A stretch of 32,000 bases of DNA from Ruminococcus albus 7 = DSM 20455 (GTDB lineage Bacteria; Bacillota; Clostridia; Oscillospirales; Ruminococcaceae): positions 180,001-212,000 of the forward strand of contig NC_014825.1 of assembly GCF_000179635.2 (NCBI RefSeq), written 5' to 3'. Under the pieces are notes generated by a model. It was given only the letters and a program-made list of their open reading frames with translations. It searched no databases and had not been told where the DNA came from. This document shows, in pieces, positions 1-11,245 of the stretch. A program made the position numbers and the translations under genes. Numbering within the stretch: the stretch's first letter is position 1; every line of letters starts with the position of its first letter.

Positions 1-682
1 CTGTATCAAGCCATGTAAAGCCCTGTCCGAGAAGTTCAACATTGAGTTTACCGCTTTCAAGATAAATACGGTTGAGGTCGGTAATTTCCAGCTCACCTCT
101 TGCAGAAGGCTTGAGGGACTTAGCATACTCTACTACCTTTTCGTCATAGAAGTAAAGACCTGTTACGCAGTAGTTTGACTTTGGATGCTCAGGCTTTTCC
201 TCTATTGAAACAGCCTTGCCGTTTCCGTCAAATTCAACGATACCGAAACGTTCTGGATCGTCAACATAATACCCGAATACTGTTGCACCATTGCCATTTT
301 CAGCGTTCTCAACTGCCTTTTTCAGACGCTTCACAAGTCCGTGACCTGAGAAAATATTATCACCGAGAACCATAGCACATGGCTCGCCCTTTGTGAATTC
401 TTCACCGATCAGAAATGCCTGTGCAAGTCCGTCAGGTGATGGCTGCACCTTGTACTGTAAGTTTATTCCAAACTGATGTCCATCACCGAGAAGGTCCTCA
501 AATCTGGGAGTATCCTGCGGTGTGGAAATTATGAGTATATCACGTATCCCTGCTTGCATAAGCACTGACAGCGGATAGTATATCATCGGCTTGTCATAAA
601 TGGGGAGAAGCTGCTTTGATGTTACCTTTGTTAGCGGATAGAGTCGTGTACCACTTCCACCTGCAAGAACGATTCCTTTCAT
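1..682 (-). CDS. rfbA: glucose-1-phosphate thymidylyltransferase; C-terminal end cut by the left window edge
   Basis: Reverse translation from the ATG at 682-680 gives [20 protein letters not shown]..., the canonical RmlA N-terminus with the GGxGTRL loop. GGAGG RBS at 688-692. Absent from the ORF track because no stop lies inside the window. Confidence 0.9.
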   Translation of the reverse strand, partial: MKGIVLAGGSGTRLYPLTKVTSKQLLPIYDKPMIYYPLSVLMQAGIRDILIISTPQDTPRFEDLLGDGHQFGINLQYKVQPSPDGLAQAFLIGEEFTKGEPCAMVLGDNIFSGHGLVKRLKKAVENAENGNGATVFGYYVDDPERFGIVEFDGNGKAVSIEEKPEHPKSNYCVTGLYFYDEKVVEYAKSLKPSARGELEITDLNRIYLESGKLNVELLGQGFTWLDT

Positions 683-692
683 TTTGACCTCC

Positions 693-1277
693 TCAGAGCG
701 TTATGCCCTCTTTTTCACAGTATTCATTGAACGAAAGATTCTTTGTATCCTTTTCTGAAAGATTCAGGTCAGCATCTGTCATACCCTCAGGCATTTCCCA
801 TTCGATACCGATTGTCGGATCATTCCACATCAAACCACCTTCATCATTAGGATACCAGAAGTCCGTAACCTTGTAGCAGAATTCAGCCTCGTCACTGAGT
901 ACGATGAAGCCGTGAGCGAAATTCTTCGGGATAAGGAACTGCTTCTTGTTTTCTTCGGTCAGCTTAATGCCAAACCACTTGCCAAAAGTTTTGCTACCTT
1001 TTCTAAGGTCAACAGCAACATCAAATACCTCGCCCCTTATTACTCTGACAAGCTTATCCTGCGGATGGTTGAACTGATAGTGAAGTCCTCTCAGAACGCC
1101 CTTTGTGGAGCTTGACTGATTGTCCTGAACAAATGTGTAGTTCAGTCCCTCAGCTTCCATGTCCTTCTGATTGTATGTCTCCATGAAGTAACCACGATTG
1201 TCACCATGGACGGCAGGCTCAATAACACACAGCCCTTCGATACCACCAACATTTTTCTGAACTTTTATCTGTCCCAT
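693..1277 (-). CDS. rfbC: dTDP-4-dehydrorhamnose 3,5-epimerase
   Basis: ORF 693..1319 trimmed to the ATG at 1277-1275 (MGQIKVQKN...), which overlaps the rfbD stop (TAATG). RmlC-type motifs [24 protein letters not shown] and IPKNFAHGF. Confidence 0.9.
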   Translation of the reverse strand: MGQIKVQKNVGGIEGLCVIEPAVHGDNRGYFMETYNQKDMEAEGLNYTFVQDNQSSSTKGVLRGLHYQFNHPQDKLVRVIRGEVFDVAVDLRKGSKTFGKWFGIKLTEENKKQFLIPKNFAHGFIVLSDEAEFCYKVTDFWYPNDEGGLMWNDPTIGIEWEMPEGMTDADLNLSEKDTKNLSFNEYCEKEGITL

Positions 1278-2191
1278 TATTCTAACTCCTTTACATATCT
1301 TGCAACTGCATCCTGCCATGTTGGAAGCGGCTTAAATCCTGCTTCAACCAGCTTTGACTTATCAAGTCGGCTGTTGAATGGTCTTGCAGCCTTTGAGAGT
1401 CCATACTCGGCTGTAGTAACCGGTATGACTTTAGTGGACATTCCTGCTGCTTTGTATATCTCTTTAGTAAAATCATACCAGCTGATATAGCCGCCTTCGT
1501 TTGTTGCATGGTAATAGCCATATTTCTCGGTTTCTATCATATCAACGAGCAGCCTTGCAAGATCAAAAGTATATGTAGGTGTACCGATCTGATCGTTTAC
1601 AACCCTTACTTCATCATGTGTCTTGCCGACATTTATCATAGTCTTGATGAAGTTCTTGCCGTTCTTGCCGAATACCCAGGCAATACGTACAATGAAGTAC
1701 TTTTCAAGGGTATTTGCAACCGCAAGCTCTCCGTCAAGCTTAGTCTGACCATATACATTCATTGGTGCATAGTCCTTGCAATCCGGAATCCAAGGCTCGG
1801 TTCCCTGACCGTTGAACACATAGTCAGTGCTGATGTAGACCATTTTTGCATTGATCTTCTTGCAGATATCAGCGATATTCTGCGTACCGTCAACATTTAT
1901 TGCCTTGACCTTCGGCTTATTCTCCTCGTCCTCAGCAGCATCTACTGCTGTCCATGCAGCACAGTGGATAACAACATCACACTTGGAGTTGGAGATAACA
2001 GTTTCAACCGCATTTTTATCGGTAATATCAAGCTTTACATATTCAGCATTTGTTACAGCACTTCCATCTGCAGCGCCTGAATATACATCAGTGATATCAC
2101 TGCCGACAGCTTCAATACTTCTTGCAGCCAGTTCGTTCACAACATCATGTCCGAGCTGACCGTTAACGCCAGTTACAAAAACCTTCATCAT
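1277..2191 (-). CDS. rfbD: dTDP-4-dehydrorhamnose reductase
   Basis: [13 protein letters not shown] Rossmann N-terminus, [17 protein letters not shown] (YxxxK) and NDQIGTPTY, typical of RmlD. The start (ATGATGA) overlaps the rfbB stop. Confidence 0.9.
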   Translation of the reverse strand: MMKVFVTGVNGQLGHDVVNELAARSIEAVGSDITDVYSGAADGSAVTNAEYVKLDITDKNAVETVISNSKCDVVIHCAAWTAVDAAEDEENKPKVKAINVDGTQNIADICKKINAKMVYISTDYVFNGQGTEPWIPDCKDYAPMNVYGQTKLDGELAVANTLEKYFIVRIAWVFGKNGKNFIKTMINVGKTHDEVRVVNDQIGTPTYTFDLARLLVDMIETEKYGYYHATNEGGYISWYDFTKEIYKAAGMSTKVIPVTTAEYGLSKAARPFNSRLDKSKLVEAGFKPLPTWQDAVARYVKELE

Positions 2192-3207
2192 CGATTCCCA
2201 TACATCTTCTCGTAGTAGTTCTGATACTCACCGGAGATGATGTCCTTCCACCATTTTTCGTTGTCGAGATACCACCTTATCGTCTTCTTGATGCCGTCTG
2301 CGAACTTTGTCTCAGGCAACCAACCGAGTTCGTTGTGGATCTTTGTCGGATCAATAGCATAACGCATATCGTGGCCTTTACGATCGGTAACATATGTGAT
2401 AAGGCTCTCAGGCTTACCGAGTTCCTTGCAGATAAGTTTAACGATGTCAATATTTCTCATTTCGTTGTGACCGCCGACATTGTATACCTCGCCGACTCTG
2501 CCTTTGTGTATTATGAGATCGATAGCACGGCAGTGATCCTCGACATACAGCCAGTCACGAACATTCTCACCCTTGCCGTAAACAGGGAGAGGCTTGTCTG
2601 CGAGCGCATTTGCTATCATCAGTGGGATCAGCTTCTCTGGAAAGTGGTAAGGTCCGTAGTTATTGGAGCAGCGCGAAATTGTCACAGGGAGGCCATAAGT
2701 CCTATGGTAAGCCATAACAAGCAGGTCAGCACCAGCTTTTGAAGAACTGTAAGGGCTGCTTGTGTGGATAGGTGTAGTCTCTGTAAAGAAGAGGTCGGGA
2801 CGGTCAAGCGGAAGGTCGCCGTAAACCTCGTCGGTACTTACCTGATGATATCTCTGAATACCGTACTTTCTGCAAGCGTCCATGAGGACCTGTGTACCGA
2901 GAATATTAGTCTGGAGGAATATCTCAGGATTCTCGATAGAGCGGTCAACGTGTGACTCTGCTGCGAAGTTTACTACGATATCAGGCTTTTCTTCCTCAAA
3001 AAGCTTGTAGATAGCCTCTCTGTCACAGATATCAATCTTGCAAAAACGGAAATTCGGGTTATCCATTACACTTTCAAGTGTGCTGAGATTTCCTGCGTAT
3101 GTGAGCTTGTCCACGCATACTATCCTGTAATCAGAATATGTGTCAAGCATATGGAATACAAAATTTGAACCTATAAAGCCGGCTCCGCCTGTTACGATTA
3201 TAGTCAT
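2188..3207 (-). CDS. rfbB: dTDP-glucose 4,6-dehydratase
   Basis: [30 protein letters not shown] and YSSSKAGAD (YxxxK), typical of RmlB. AAGGAG RBS upstream of the ATG at 3207. Confidence 0.93.
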   Translation of the reverse strand: MTIIVTGGAGFIGSNFVFHMLDTYSDYRIVCVDKLTYAGNLSTLESVMDNPNFRFCKIDICDREAIYKLFEEEKPDIVVNFAAESHVDRSIENPEIFLQTNILGTQVLMDACRKYGIQRYHQVSTDEVYGDLPLDRPDLFFTETTPIHTSSPYSSSKAGADLLVMAYHRTYGLPVTISRCSNNYGPYHFPEKLIPLMIANALADKPLPVYGKGENVRDWLYVEDHCRAIDLIIHKGRVGEVYNVGGHNEMRNIDIVKLICKELGKPESLITYVTDRKGHDMRYAIDPTKIHNELGWLPETKFADGIKKTIRWYLDNEKWWKDIISGEYQNYYEKMYGNR

Positions 3208-3447
3208 ATCTTTTCTCCTTATAAAATTATGGTTTTTTCATATTCTCGACTTTATCCTTTAATACCATTTTTTGCCCTCATAAATGTGGCATATAATTAA
3301 AATTATTCAACAAACAATCTCTCATTGACAAGAATTAATTGCTTTTTGAATGGCAGTAGTTTAGTGGAGACATATATAACCATGAGCTTACCAAAACTTT
3401 TTAAACTCAAAATTGTTATCTGTAATTTAAATTCAAGCTTAAATAGT

Positions 3448-4530
3448 CTAATTATCTTGCATAAATCCACTTAAAACATCTCTAATTGTATTAAGTTTTT
3501 CAAACCCTGATATATTATCGGGTTCTAGATAGGCTCCTTCACCCCATTCGTTCCAAGCATCTATAATAAGGAAGCCTTTCCCAACCGAAACAGACTTCTT
3601 AATTTGTGAATATACAAGCTGTTTAAATCGAGGAATACTAAAGTTTTTAAATATAGTACAATTGTGAGAGTGACGAGGTGAATTATCCCATTCAGCAAAC
3701 AGTCCCAAATAGTGATTAGGATCATTATCTATTCGCTTTTCTATCAAATCACATACTGAGTCATAATTAAAATAATTTGTGACAAATTTGCCTTTCACCA
3801 GCTTTTTTATTCCTCTTCTAATCCTATTAATAGTATGCTGAAATTTCATTTCTAAAAACGTTGTGTAAGTGGGTTCATAATCAAAACACGCATCAAAATA
3901 TTTCTTGTTCCATATTAAATGATGCCCACCTAATGTTTGAACTAAAAATATACCATTAAAACCATTTTCTTTTGCTAATCGATCCCATCCTTCTCTATAT
4001 ATATTAAAATCAGGAATCGCTTCATAATCATAAATAAACAAAACAGGCTTGTTATCTACTTTGATATATCTATCATCCATAAAATAAGGGAGATATTCAT
4101 AAAAATGCTGTTTTACATCTTCAAAACTTGCTGCGTATTCCTGCTTTCTTAGCATTTGTTTGTTGTATGAAAACCAAGTTCTCATCCAATCATGATTAGC
4201 CCATGAAAAGCAGTATTCTATTCTAATATCTTTATTCATTAGCAGAAGTTTTGCAGGTGTCTCAAGCAGTTTTTTTCCATTCGAATAATATGAGTACATT
4301 ACAAACCCATTTATTCCATATTTATTTGCAAGATCAACTTGATGTCTTATACTTTCAATTCGAGATAGATCATAATAACCTTCAACTGGAATCCTTGGTT
4401 GTTTGATGTAACGATTTAACGGTTTTGCTGATTTAACAACATTCCATTCCGTAAAACCTTCTCCCCACCACTCATTATTTTCTGGGATCTCATGAAATTG
4501 TGGGAGATAAAGTGCTAATATTTTTGGCAT
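3448..4530 (-). CDS. WbsX-like (GH99-like) polysaccharide biosynthesis enzyme
   Basis: The N-terminus ILALYLPQFHEIPENNEWWGEGFTEWNVV matches the hallmark YLPQFH..PEN..WWG.GFTEW of the WbsX glycosyltransferase family. ORF call 3448..4545 begins at a GTG; I prefer the ATG at 4530, which has GAGG 10 nt upstream. Confidence 0.7.
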   Translation of the reverse strand: MPKILALYLPQFHEIPENNEWWGEGFTEWNVVKSAKPLNRYIKQPRIPVEGYYDLSRIESIRHQVDLANKYGINGFVMYSYYSNGKKLLETPAKLLLMNKDIRIEYCFSWANHDWMRTWFSYNKQMLRKQEYAASFEDVKQHFYEYLPYFMDDRYIKVDNKPVLFIYDYEAIPDFNIYREGWDRLAKENGFNGIFLVQTLGGHHLIWNKKYFDACFDYEPTYTTFLEMKFQHTINRIRRGIKKLVKGKFVTNYFNYDSVCDLIEKRIDNDPNHYLGLFAEWDNSPRHSHNCTIFKNFSIPRFKQLVYSQIKKSVSVGKGFLIIDAWNEWGEGAYLEPDNISGFEKLNTIRDVLSGFMQDN

Positions 4531-4541
4531 ATAAATGTACC

Positions 4542-5429
4542 TCACTGCAATTTTAATATATTAACAGCTATATTTTTAGCTGTTCCAAGTAATACCAAAT
4601 AAATAATTCTAAAATAACTCTCTTGGTGTTTAAGCATATCGATAATTCTACTTTTATTCACTTTCCATCCTTGTTTACAGGCATATACTAGTTCATTCTC
4701 TAATCTGATTCTTAACGCATTTGGATATTTTTCATATAAAAGTGAGTATTTCGACACGAGCATAAGTAATCCGTCTAATTTTTTTTTCGAATTCAATGAT
4801 ATTGAGTTCTCATTAATTCTATAATAAGAAAGAGCTTCTTCTATATATCCAATTCTCCCGATTTGAATCATTCTAATGAATAAATCCTGATCTTGATAAG
4901 AGGGCATCTCTTCGTCTAGCATTTTTGAATCTATAAAGCACTGTTTTGTAAAAGATACATTTGAAAACCCACCTAAATAATTATTGGATAGCATTAGTTC
5001 TAATGCATTTTCATATTCTGGATTCTCACGTTTACTATATCGGTGTTTATTTTTACCGAAGATAATAAAGTCTGAATATACAATATCATATCCTTTATGA
5101 AACATTTCAACTATTTTAGAGACTCTTGTATTCTCCCAATAATCATCATCATCCAGAAATGATAAATACATCCCGCTTGATTTCAAAGCACCAAGATTTC
5201 TAGAATAATTTGCGCCCATCTGACGCTCATTAATATAATACTGGATTGCTCCTTGATATGAACGAACCATTTTTTCAATTTGAATATTATATTGATTTGA
5301 GGGAGCATCGTTAACTATGATGATCTCTATGTTACTATACGTTTGTTTAATTACGCTTTCAACCGCCTCTCGAAGTATTTCAACATCTCGATTACAAGTT
5401 GTAATTATCACAGAAAACAATTCTTTCAT
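4542..5429 (-). CDS. family-2 glycosyltransferase
   Basis: FSVIITTCNRDVEILREAVESVIKQTYSNIEIIIVNDAPS followed by a DDDD acidic motif (GT-A/GT2 signature). ATGA overlap with the upstream gene. Confidence 0.8.
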   Translation of the reverse strand: MKELFSVIITTCNRDVEILREAVESVIKQTYSNIEIIIVNDAPSNQYNIQIEKMVRSYQGAIQYYINERQMGANYSRNLGALKSSGMYLSFLDDDDYWENTRVSKIVEMFHKGYDIVYSDFIIFGKNKHRYSKRENPEYENALELMLSNNYLGGFSNVSFTKQCFIDSKMLDEEMPSYQDQDLFIRMIQIGRIGYIEEALSYYRINENSISLNSKKKLDGLLMLVSKYSLLYEKYPNALRIRLENELVYACKQGWKVNKSRIIDMLKHQESYFRIIYLVLLGTAKNIAVNILKLQ

Positions 5430-6085
5430 TTATCCACCTGTACTTTTCGAATGATTTTTGCGGGATTTCCACATATAATGCAGTTTTCAGGAAAACTATG
5501 AGTGACTACACTATTTGCTCCTATTATTGAGTTTTCACCTATTATTACGCCTGAAAGAATACTCACTTTCTCTCCTATCCATACATTTTTACATATATGT
5601 ATTTCACCATTTGATGATAATAACCTTTGATTCGGAGATATATTCAAATCAGAGAAATCAGATAATCCATGATTATGATCTATAATCATAACATCACTTC
5701 CAATTAATACATCATCATCAATGATAATCGAATTAATACAGCCAATATGGCAGCGTTTTCCTATCGAAACATTATTTCCTATAATAATAGATGGGGTGTA
5801 TTTTTTTCCATTATGTTCACTCCAAGTTTCAAATATCCCATTATAATCAAGTTTAAAATTATCCCCAATTTTGCAGTTGTTCAAGCCTTTTAAACTAATA
5901 GGGAAGATAATTCTCGGATTCTTTCCACACGATTTACATTCCATATGAAAAAGTTTCTTGTAGTAGTAAAGCTTGATTTTCAAGCGCAGATTATTCATTT
6001 TTTTTATCATTTTAAAAAGGAAGTAAATCATACTGATTCTCCACCATTCTTTAATATTCATAACGATTTTTGCACCACAGAACAT
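5426..6085 (-). CDS. left-handed beta-helix (hexapeptide) O-acetyltransferase
   Basis: C-terminal half shows hexapeptide periodicity (IGNNVSIGKRCHIGCINSIII..., VWIGEKVSILSGVIIGENSIIGANSVV...CGNPAKIIR). Start is ambiguous: the ORF call at 6211 is a TTG inside the upstream gene, ATGs lie at 6085, 6061, 6010 and 5998, and none has a good RBS. Confidence 0.7.
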   Translation of the reverse strand: MFCGAKIVMNIKEWWRISMIYFLFKMIKKMNNLRLKIKLYYYKKLFHMECKSCGKNPRIIFPISLKGLNNCKIGDNFKLDYNGIFETWSEHNGKKYTPSIIIGNNVSIGKRCHIGCINSIIIDDDVLIGSDVMIIDHNHGLSDFSDLNISPNQRLLSSNGEIHICKNVWIGEKVSILSGVIIGENSIIGANSVVTHSFPENCIICGNPAKIIRKVQVDK

Positions 6086-6087
6086 GT

Positions 6088-7356
6088 TTATTTTAATAAT
6101 AAATAAATAAATATCCACTTCATTATAAATGGTATTCCTGTCAAAGGGTAATTTTGAATTGTTGTCATCGAAAAAGATAACATAAAAATATATTGTCCAA
6201 GACTTAAACAATCTCGTTTATTCGTGTAATTTCTTTCAACATAATGTGCGAAACAGCCTAATAACAATCCGCCTAAAAACGTTCCAACAATTCCAAAATC
6301 CAAATAAAACGGGAATAGAGTTGATGCTGTTGCATTTGTTTGTATTTCATAACCGACAAACAAAAAATCCTTTGCTTGTCCAGACATAGTTTGTTGACCT
6401 GTTAAAAAATCATGACCTATCACTCCTAATGTTCTAAGAAAAACAATTGGAATATCAATAATTGAGCTGAAGGTAGCTTTTCCAAATAAGGTCCACGATT
6501 GACTTGTGCCGTTCTTAATCAGTGCGGATAAGTACGGTAAGCCAGAAAAATAGTAAATTGTTCCTTCTATTATAAGACCATTATCACGATTGATCCTTTT
6601 TGATATAATTTGCACTATAAATATTAATAATACACTACATGGTACAATATACCTTTTATAACCACTTAGTACTTTTTTTATATTAAACCCATTCTTAATA
6701 ACAACTGCCCAAAAAACGTATAATATTATTGTTACGAACAAAGATCTTCCAGCAGTTGCTAACACAAGCCATAACGCATCTAAAATAGACACGATGATCA
6801 ATTGATATTTAAATTTTTTATTTGATATTTCTTCGGCCATTAATAGTATTGTTGCAACCATCACGGGTCGAATAATATAGTCTACCAGCATCAATTCTGG
6901 TGTACTAAATATTGAATACTCTCCGTATGTTCGATATCTCAAGGCGTTCATTCCTTGTGATGGACCATACATTAGTAGTATTGGGATAGTTTTCTTTAGA
7001 ATCGGTATTGACACTATCCAGCATAATATAGATGCAGTAATTACTTTTTTTCTTTGCCTATCACTATTGAATTCAATTTCACCAGATTGTCCTTGTGTTT
7101 CTTCAATCGGTGAAATAAGAAAGACCAAATTATAAGCAACTAAATATGCCATAGCTGCAAAATACACAGTTCCATCAATTGGATAATATGGAACAACATT
7201 TAGCAGATAGATCAAAAATCCTACTAGCCACACCACATTCTGTACTTGTACTGGTCTAACTCGCTTGATTCTGGTTTTATTGGTTTTATATTGTAAGCAC
7301 ATACAGGTAATACATACCACTATCGCCAAAATATTATATATAAAATCCTGTTTCAT
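6088..7356 (-). CDS. polytopic membrane protein, probable Wzy-type repeat-unit polymerase
   Basis: 422 aa, hydrophobic throughout with many predicted TM stretches, embedded among glycosyltransferase genes. GAGGG RBS before the ATG at 7356. Assignment rests on context and topology only. Confidence 0.55.
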   Translation of the reverse strand: MKQDFIYNILAIVVCITCMCLQYKTNKTRIKRVRPVQVQNVVWLVGFLIYLLNVVPYYPIDGTVYFAAMAYLVAYNLVFLISPIEETQGQSGEIEFNSDRQRKKVITASILCWIVSIPILKKTIPILLMYGPSQGMNALRYRTYGEYSIFSTPELMLVDYIIRPVMVATILLMAEEISNKKFKYQLIIVSILDALWLVLATAGRSLFVTIILYVFWAVVIKNGFNIKKVLSGYKRYIVPCSVLLIFIVQIISKRINRDNGLIIEGTIYYFSGLPYLSALIKNGTSQSWTLFGKATFSSIIDIPIVFLRTLGVIGHDFLTGQQTMSGQAKDFLFVGYEIQTNATASTLFPFYLDFGIVGTFLGGLLLGCFAHYVERNYTNKRDCLSLGQYIFMLSFSMTTIQNYPLTGIPFIMKWIFIYLLLK

Positions 7357-7379
7357 TATGCCCTCATATTCATCATCAA

Positions 7380-8072
7380 TTATCTTTTGATTAATGCTAT
7401 TATTATATTTATACGCATTTTCAGTTTCATTCTCAAAGAATACTTACTCTTTTCGCCTGTTTGACTAGCGTTTTTACCATGTCGCCTATATTTAATTAAT
7501 GCGTCATTTATAAATATGCTATTACCGTATTTCTCAGAAATTAGCCCGATCCATACGTCATGCATCGGAATCTCCTTTGGAAACGGTAATACATACTTTA
7601 AGATAGAACGATTGAATGCCATACAGCATCCAATGTAGCTATTTCTTATGATATTTCTCATTAATCCTTTCTTGCAATTTCTCAAATTGAAATATGAGGG
7701 ATTAATAACTATTAAATTCTCATTTACGATTTCTGCATCTGATACTACGCACGTATATTGCTTAAGATACCTTTTCATAACAGATACTTTATTTATCTTC
7801 CAAACATCATCTTGATCAGATAAAAAAATGAAATCACCCGAAGCGTGCTTTAGAGCATTTTCTAAGTTGAATATAGGTGAATTAAAGTGATTATCTAATA
7901 ATAGTTTAATTCTTGGGTCATTAAAAGCTCTAATAATATCAATCGTTGCGTCAGTGGAGGAATCATCGGATATTATAATTTCATCATTTTCATCTAATTG
8001 TTGTAAGATTGAATCAATCTGTTCTTTGATGTATTTTTCACCATTGTATGTTGGAATACATACTGAAACCAT
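7380..8072 (-). CDS. family-2 glycosyltransferase
   Basis: MVSVCIPTYNGEKYIKEQIDSILQQLDENDEIIISDDSSTD ... FLSDQDD (GT2 DxD region). Start moved to the ATG at 8072 because GGAGG lies 8 nt upstream (ORF call 8105). Confidence 0.8.
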   Translation of the reverse strand: MVSVCIPTYNGEKYIKEQIDSILQQLDENDEIIISDDSSTDATIDIIRAFNDPRIKLLLDNHFNSPIFNLENALKHASGDFIFLSDQDDVWKINKVSVMKRYLKQYTCVVSDAEIVNENLIVINPSYFNLRNCKKGLMRNIIRNSYIGCCMAFNRSILKYVLPFPKEIPMHDVWIGLISEKYGNSIFINDALIKYRRHGKNASQTGEKSKYSLRMKLKMRINIIIALIKR

Positions 8073-8196
8073 TACAGCGCCTCCCATTACTAAAAGCGTT
8101 ATCACAATCTAAGGTGAGAGTATGACTATATCTTTAAGAATTTTATAGGCATTAATCACAACAGTTTAAGCTTTTTATTATCCTAATCATTTCAGC

Positions 8197-9303
8197 TTAT
8201 GCTGAATATAGACTTTTCACAACTGTCTCAATTGCCTTATCGATTACAATAGCAGAAAAATTGTTTTCAAAATAACGCCTAACTTGCCCATTGTTTATAA
8301 TAGAAAAGTCAATACCACCCATATAATCAGTACCATAGTTCAATCCAATACGCTTATTTTCAACAATATCCCAGATATCACCCTTAATATTATTAATAAT
8401 AGGGAGTCCTGCTTCAAAATAATCCATGCTTTTCATCGTTAATCCTACAAAAACAGTGTCCTTCATAATATTCAATCCAAAGTGACATCTGTCCATAATC
8501 GCCTGTTTTTCCTCTGGATCATATATCTTACCATGATATACTACATTCGCTCCCGCTTGCTTAGCAGTTGAAATCAGTTCATCACGTTTTTCACCATCAC
8601 CGATAATATGGAGATCAACAGGTTTTTGATGCTTTATCTGTTGAATTATTCTTCCTATAGTCGGAATATCTATTATATTATTTATTGAACCTAAATAACA
8701 CAAAGATATTCTGTCATCGGGCGGATTTGGATTTCCAATATAAGGCTTTATTTCTCTTGCAAGATATACTGTTGTCATCTTACTTTTCGGTACAAACTCA
8801 ATTAGTTTTGTTTGAAACAAATCGCACTCTGTCACAACATGATCAGCACAATTAATCCATTTATCACGTAGATTTGCCCACATTGGAATAACTGGCAAGC
8901 TCTTTATTTTTTCAATTGGCATTGTTTCAGGCCACATATCAATGATATCAAATATCAGTTTCACAGTCGGATGGCTCTTTTTGAAAAGAGCAGCTTGTCG
9001 TACCAGTGAATTGGGCGGAACAAGAACCCAGAGTAAATCCACTTTTTGATGCTCTAATCGTTCAAAAACATCTTTAGCAAATTTTGCATGAGACAGCATC
9101 CGGCTTGGTGATATGTTTTTATAATACGGTCTCGCATGAATATATAGGAAATTCTTCTTTATGTCTTTTCGAACGGATTTCTCAATATGTCGGAAATCAG
9201 AAGTATATACCCTTACCTTATTTCCTTGTTTACTAAAGAAATCATATAATAAGTCAACCCTATGCTCATATGTATCAAAGCAGTTAACAATAGCTACATT
9301 CAT
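8197..9303 (-). CDS. putative GT-B fold (GT4-like) glycosyltransferase
   Basis: The C-terminal half (HIIGDGEKRDELISTAKQAGANVVYHGKI...GLTMKSMDYFEAGLPIINN) resembles the retaining GT-B nucleotide-sugar domain with an E-x7-E-like region. ATGA overlap with the upstream PGT gene. Confidence 0.55.
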   Translation of the reverse strand: MNVAIVNCFDTYEHRVDLLYDFFSKQGNKVRVYTSDFRHIEKSVRKDIKKNFLYIHARPYYKNISPSRMLSHAKFAKDVFERLEHQKVDLLWVLVPPNSLVRQAALFKKSHPTVKLIFDIIDMWPETMPIEKIKSLPVIPMWANLRDKWINCADHVVTECDLFQTKLIEFVPKSKMTTVYLAREIKPYIGNPNPPDDRISLCYLGSINNIIDIPTIGRIIQQIKHQKPVDLHIIGDGEKRDELISTAKQAGANVVYHGKIYDPEEKQAIMDRCHFGLNIMKDTVFVGLTMKSMDYFEAGLPIINNIKGDIWDIVENKRIGLNYGTDYMGGIDFSIINNGQVRRYFENNFSAIVIDKAIETVVKSLYSA

Positions 9304-11198
9304 GCAAAATCATTCTCCGTCTTCTCAATAGATTCCTTCAGTCCATTCACTCTGTAATCAATGCCATCATAGTTGCTAAGTGCCTGATCAATTGTTAGAC
9401 TGCCGAATGCCTTATGAACTAAGTCGCTCACCTTACCCGGCACTTTGCTACCAATAACAACAAACGGATTCAAAGCCTTTGTCTCTGTGATATTGCTTTC
9501 TACAACATGGCTGATCATTCTGACCATATCACTCGTCTTTGTGTACTCAGCATTCTGTGGAAAGAAAATACCACCAGAACCTGAAAGCATAATCTGACAG
9601 AGAAACTCCGTCAGATTGTCAATATGAAGCATGGAGCGTGCATTGTCAATATTCGGGAACACAGGCAGCTTCTTAGCGAGTTTAGCCAGAGTTGGATAGT
9701 TACCCTTGCTGCCTCTTCCGTAAATCATAGGAGGACGGAGAACTGCGACATTGAAGTCCTCTGAAGCCAGCTTTCTGATGCCCTTATCAGCCTGCCACTT
9801 GCTGTCGCCGTAGAAGTTTGCAGGTGAAGGCACAGTGGTTGCGGTAATCCTCTTGCTCTCACCATATCCAGCCGAATCGCCATAGATTATGATAGAGCTC
9901 ATAAACACAAACTGCTTCACGCCGTCCTTTTTAGCCTTTTCAGCAGTTTCAATGGCAAGATCCGTATTAACTGCATAATACTTCTGCTTTGTGGCATCAT
10001 CAACATGACCAACATCCGCATGAGCAAGACCAGCGACATGGAATACAACATCATAGCCGGAGAAATCCTTTTCTCTCCATGAACCGTCAATCATGTCAAC
10101 TGTGTCTATCTCAAGATTAGGATAGTGTTCTGCTGCCCACGCTTCAAAACTTGTGCCAATATAGGAATCAGCACCAGTGATGAGGATACGAAGAGGCTTG
10201 TCCTTATCAATAGAGAAAACCTTCTTGAATCCATAGTCATCAACGCCAGCATCGAAGAGAGCATGATCAGGTATTCCTGCCTTACTGATTTCTCTTGCAA
10301 TTGCACCGGTGCCGCCTTCAACAATACCTTTACTATGCAATGTAGCAGAGATAGAACCAAGAAACATCTTGATATCCATAAGGAAACCCGCAAGACTTGA
10401 TGATTTTAACGCTTTCGCATATACTCCATCCAGTTTCGCCTTCTCCTCAATCTCAAGCTCATCTCTACCTGAAATCTGTGCAAGTCCAGTTAGACCGGGC
10501 TTGACATCGTTTGCGCCGTACTTGTCACGCTCGGCAGTCAAGTAGTCCTGATTCCAGAGAGCAGGACGTGGACCAATCACGCTCATGTTGCCGCAGAAGA
10601 TGTTCCACAGTTGTGGCAACTCGTCGATACTTGTCTTGCGAATTACCGCACCGACCTTTGTGATACCACCGTCCTTGAGCATATGAGTCGGGACATCCTT
10701 CGGAGTATTTACGGACATCGATCTAAATTTAAGTAACTGGAAATATGATTTGTCCGTGCCGACACGCTTTTGCTTGAACAGAACAGGACCCGGATCATCT
10801 TTCTTAATCGCAATTGCAGTTGCAGCATAGATAGGCGAAAGAACGACAAGACCGCCGAAAGAGAGAACAACGTCAAAGCCACGCTTGATGTACTTTTCAT
10901 AAAAGGTTGGGAGGTGTTCAGATTCTCCGACAGCTTCTAGATGACCACACCTGCCGTCAGCATTCGCAGGCTCATTCTCATTTTCAACAAAAACTACCTT
11001 CTTGCCCTCCATCGGATTCTGTTCTTCCGGCTGATTGGCATAGGTAGCCTGTGGCTGCTGTTTCTTTGCAATATGTCTCATAACTAAGAATGTCGTGCCA
11101 AGTACAATACCCGTGGCTGCCGCCGCAGTTTTAAGATTCTTTTTTGTCTTCTCTTCCAACTCTGTATCCTCACTTAATCTCATATTCCTTATAATCAT
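9300..11198 (-). CDS. initiating monotopic phosphoglycosyl transferase fused to a C-terminal SDR epimerase/dehydratase domain
   Basis: N-terminal TM segment. FKQKRVG, KFRSM and [10 protein letters not shown]...GPRP motifs of PglC/WbaP-type sugar transferases at aa ~100-290. Aa ~335-632 carry the Rossmann [14 protein letters not shown] and the catalytic YGDSK (YxxxK). Confidence 0.8.
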   Translation of the reverse strand: MIIRNMRLSEDTELEEKTKKNLKTAAAATGIVLGTTFLVMRHIAKKQQPQATYANQPEEQNPMEGKKVVFVENENEPANADGRCGHLEAVGESEHLPTFYEKYIKRGFDVVLSFGGLVVLSPIYAATAIAIKKDDPGPVLFKQKRVGTDKSYFQLLKFRSMSVNTPKDVPTHMLKDGGITKVGAVIRKTSIDELPQLWNIFCGNMSVIGPRPALWNQDYLTAERDKYGANDVKPGLTGLAQISGRDELEIEEKAKLDGVYAKALKSSSLAGFLMDIKMFLGSISATLHSKGIVEGGTGAIAREISKAGIPDHALFDAGVDDYGFKKVFSIDKDKPLRILITGADSYIGTSFEAWAAEHYPNLEIDTVDMIDGSWREKDFSGYDVVFHVAGLAHADVGHVDDATKQKYYAVNTDLAIETAEKAKKDGVKQFVFMSSIIIYGDSAGYGESKRITATTVPSPANFYGDSKWQADKGIRKLASEDFNVAVLRPPMIYGRGSKGNYPTLAKLAKKLPVFPNIDNARSMLHIDNLTEFLCQIMLSGSGGIFFPQNAEYTKTSDMVRMISHVVESNITETKALNPFVVIGSKVPGKVSDLVHKAFGSLTIDQALSNYDGIDYRVNGLKESIEKTENDFA

Positions 11199-11245
11199 TC
11201 TTTTACGAACTCTTATCTTTAACCCTTATAAAAGAGATAGCTAAA

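Noticed and set aside
6088-6211. Apparent 124-nt overlap between the Wzy-like gene and the acetyltransferase ORF, and other N-terminal extensions in the ORF track (693-1319, 11246-11911, 12748-13269, 16034, 27389-28150)
   Set aside because: The extensions start at TTG or GTG codons, or at ATGs without an RBS. Internal ATGs with good RBSs and family-typical N-termini give conventional gene boundaries.
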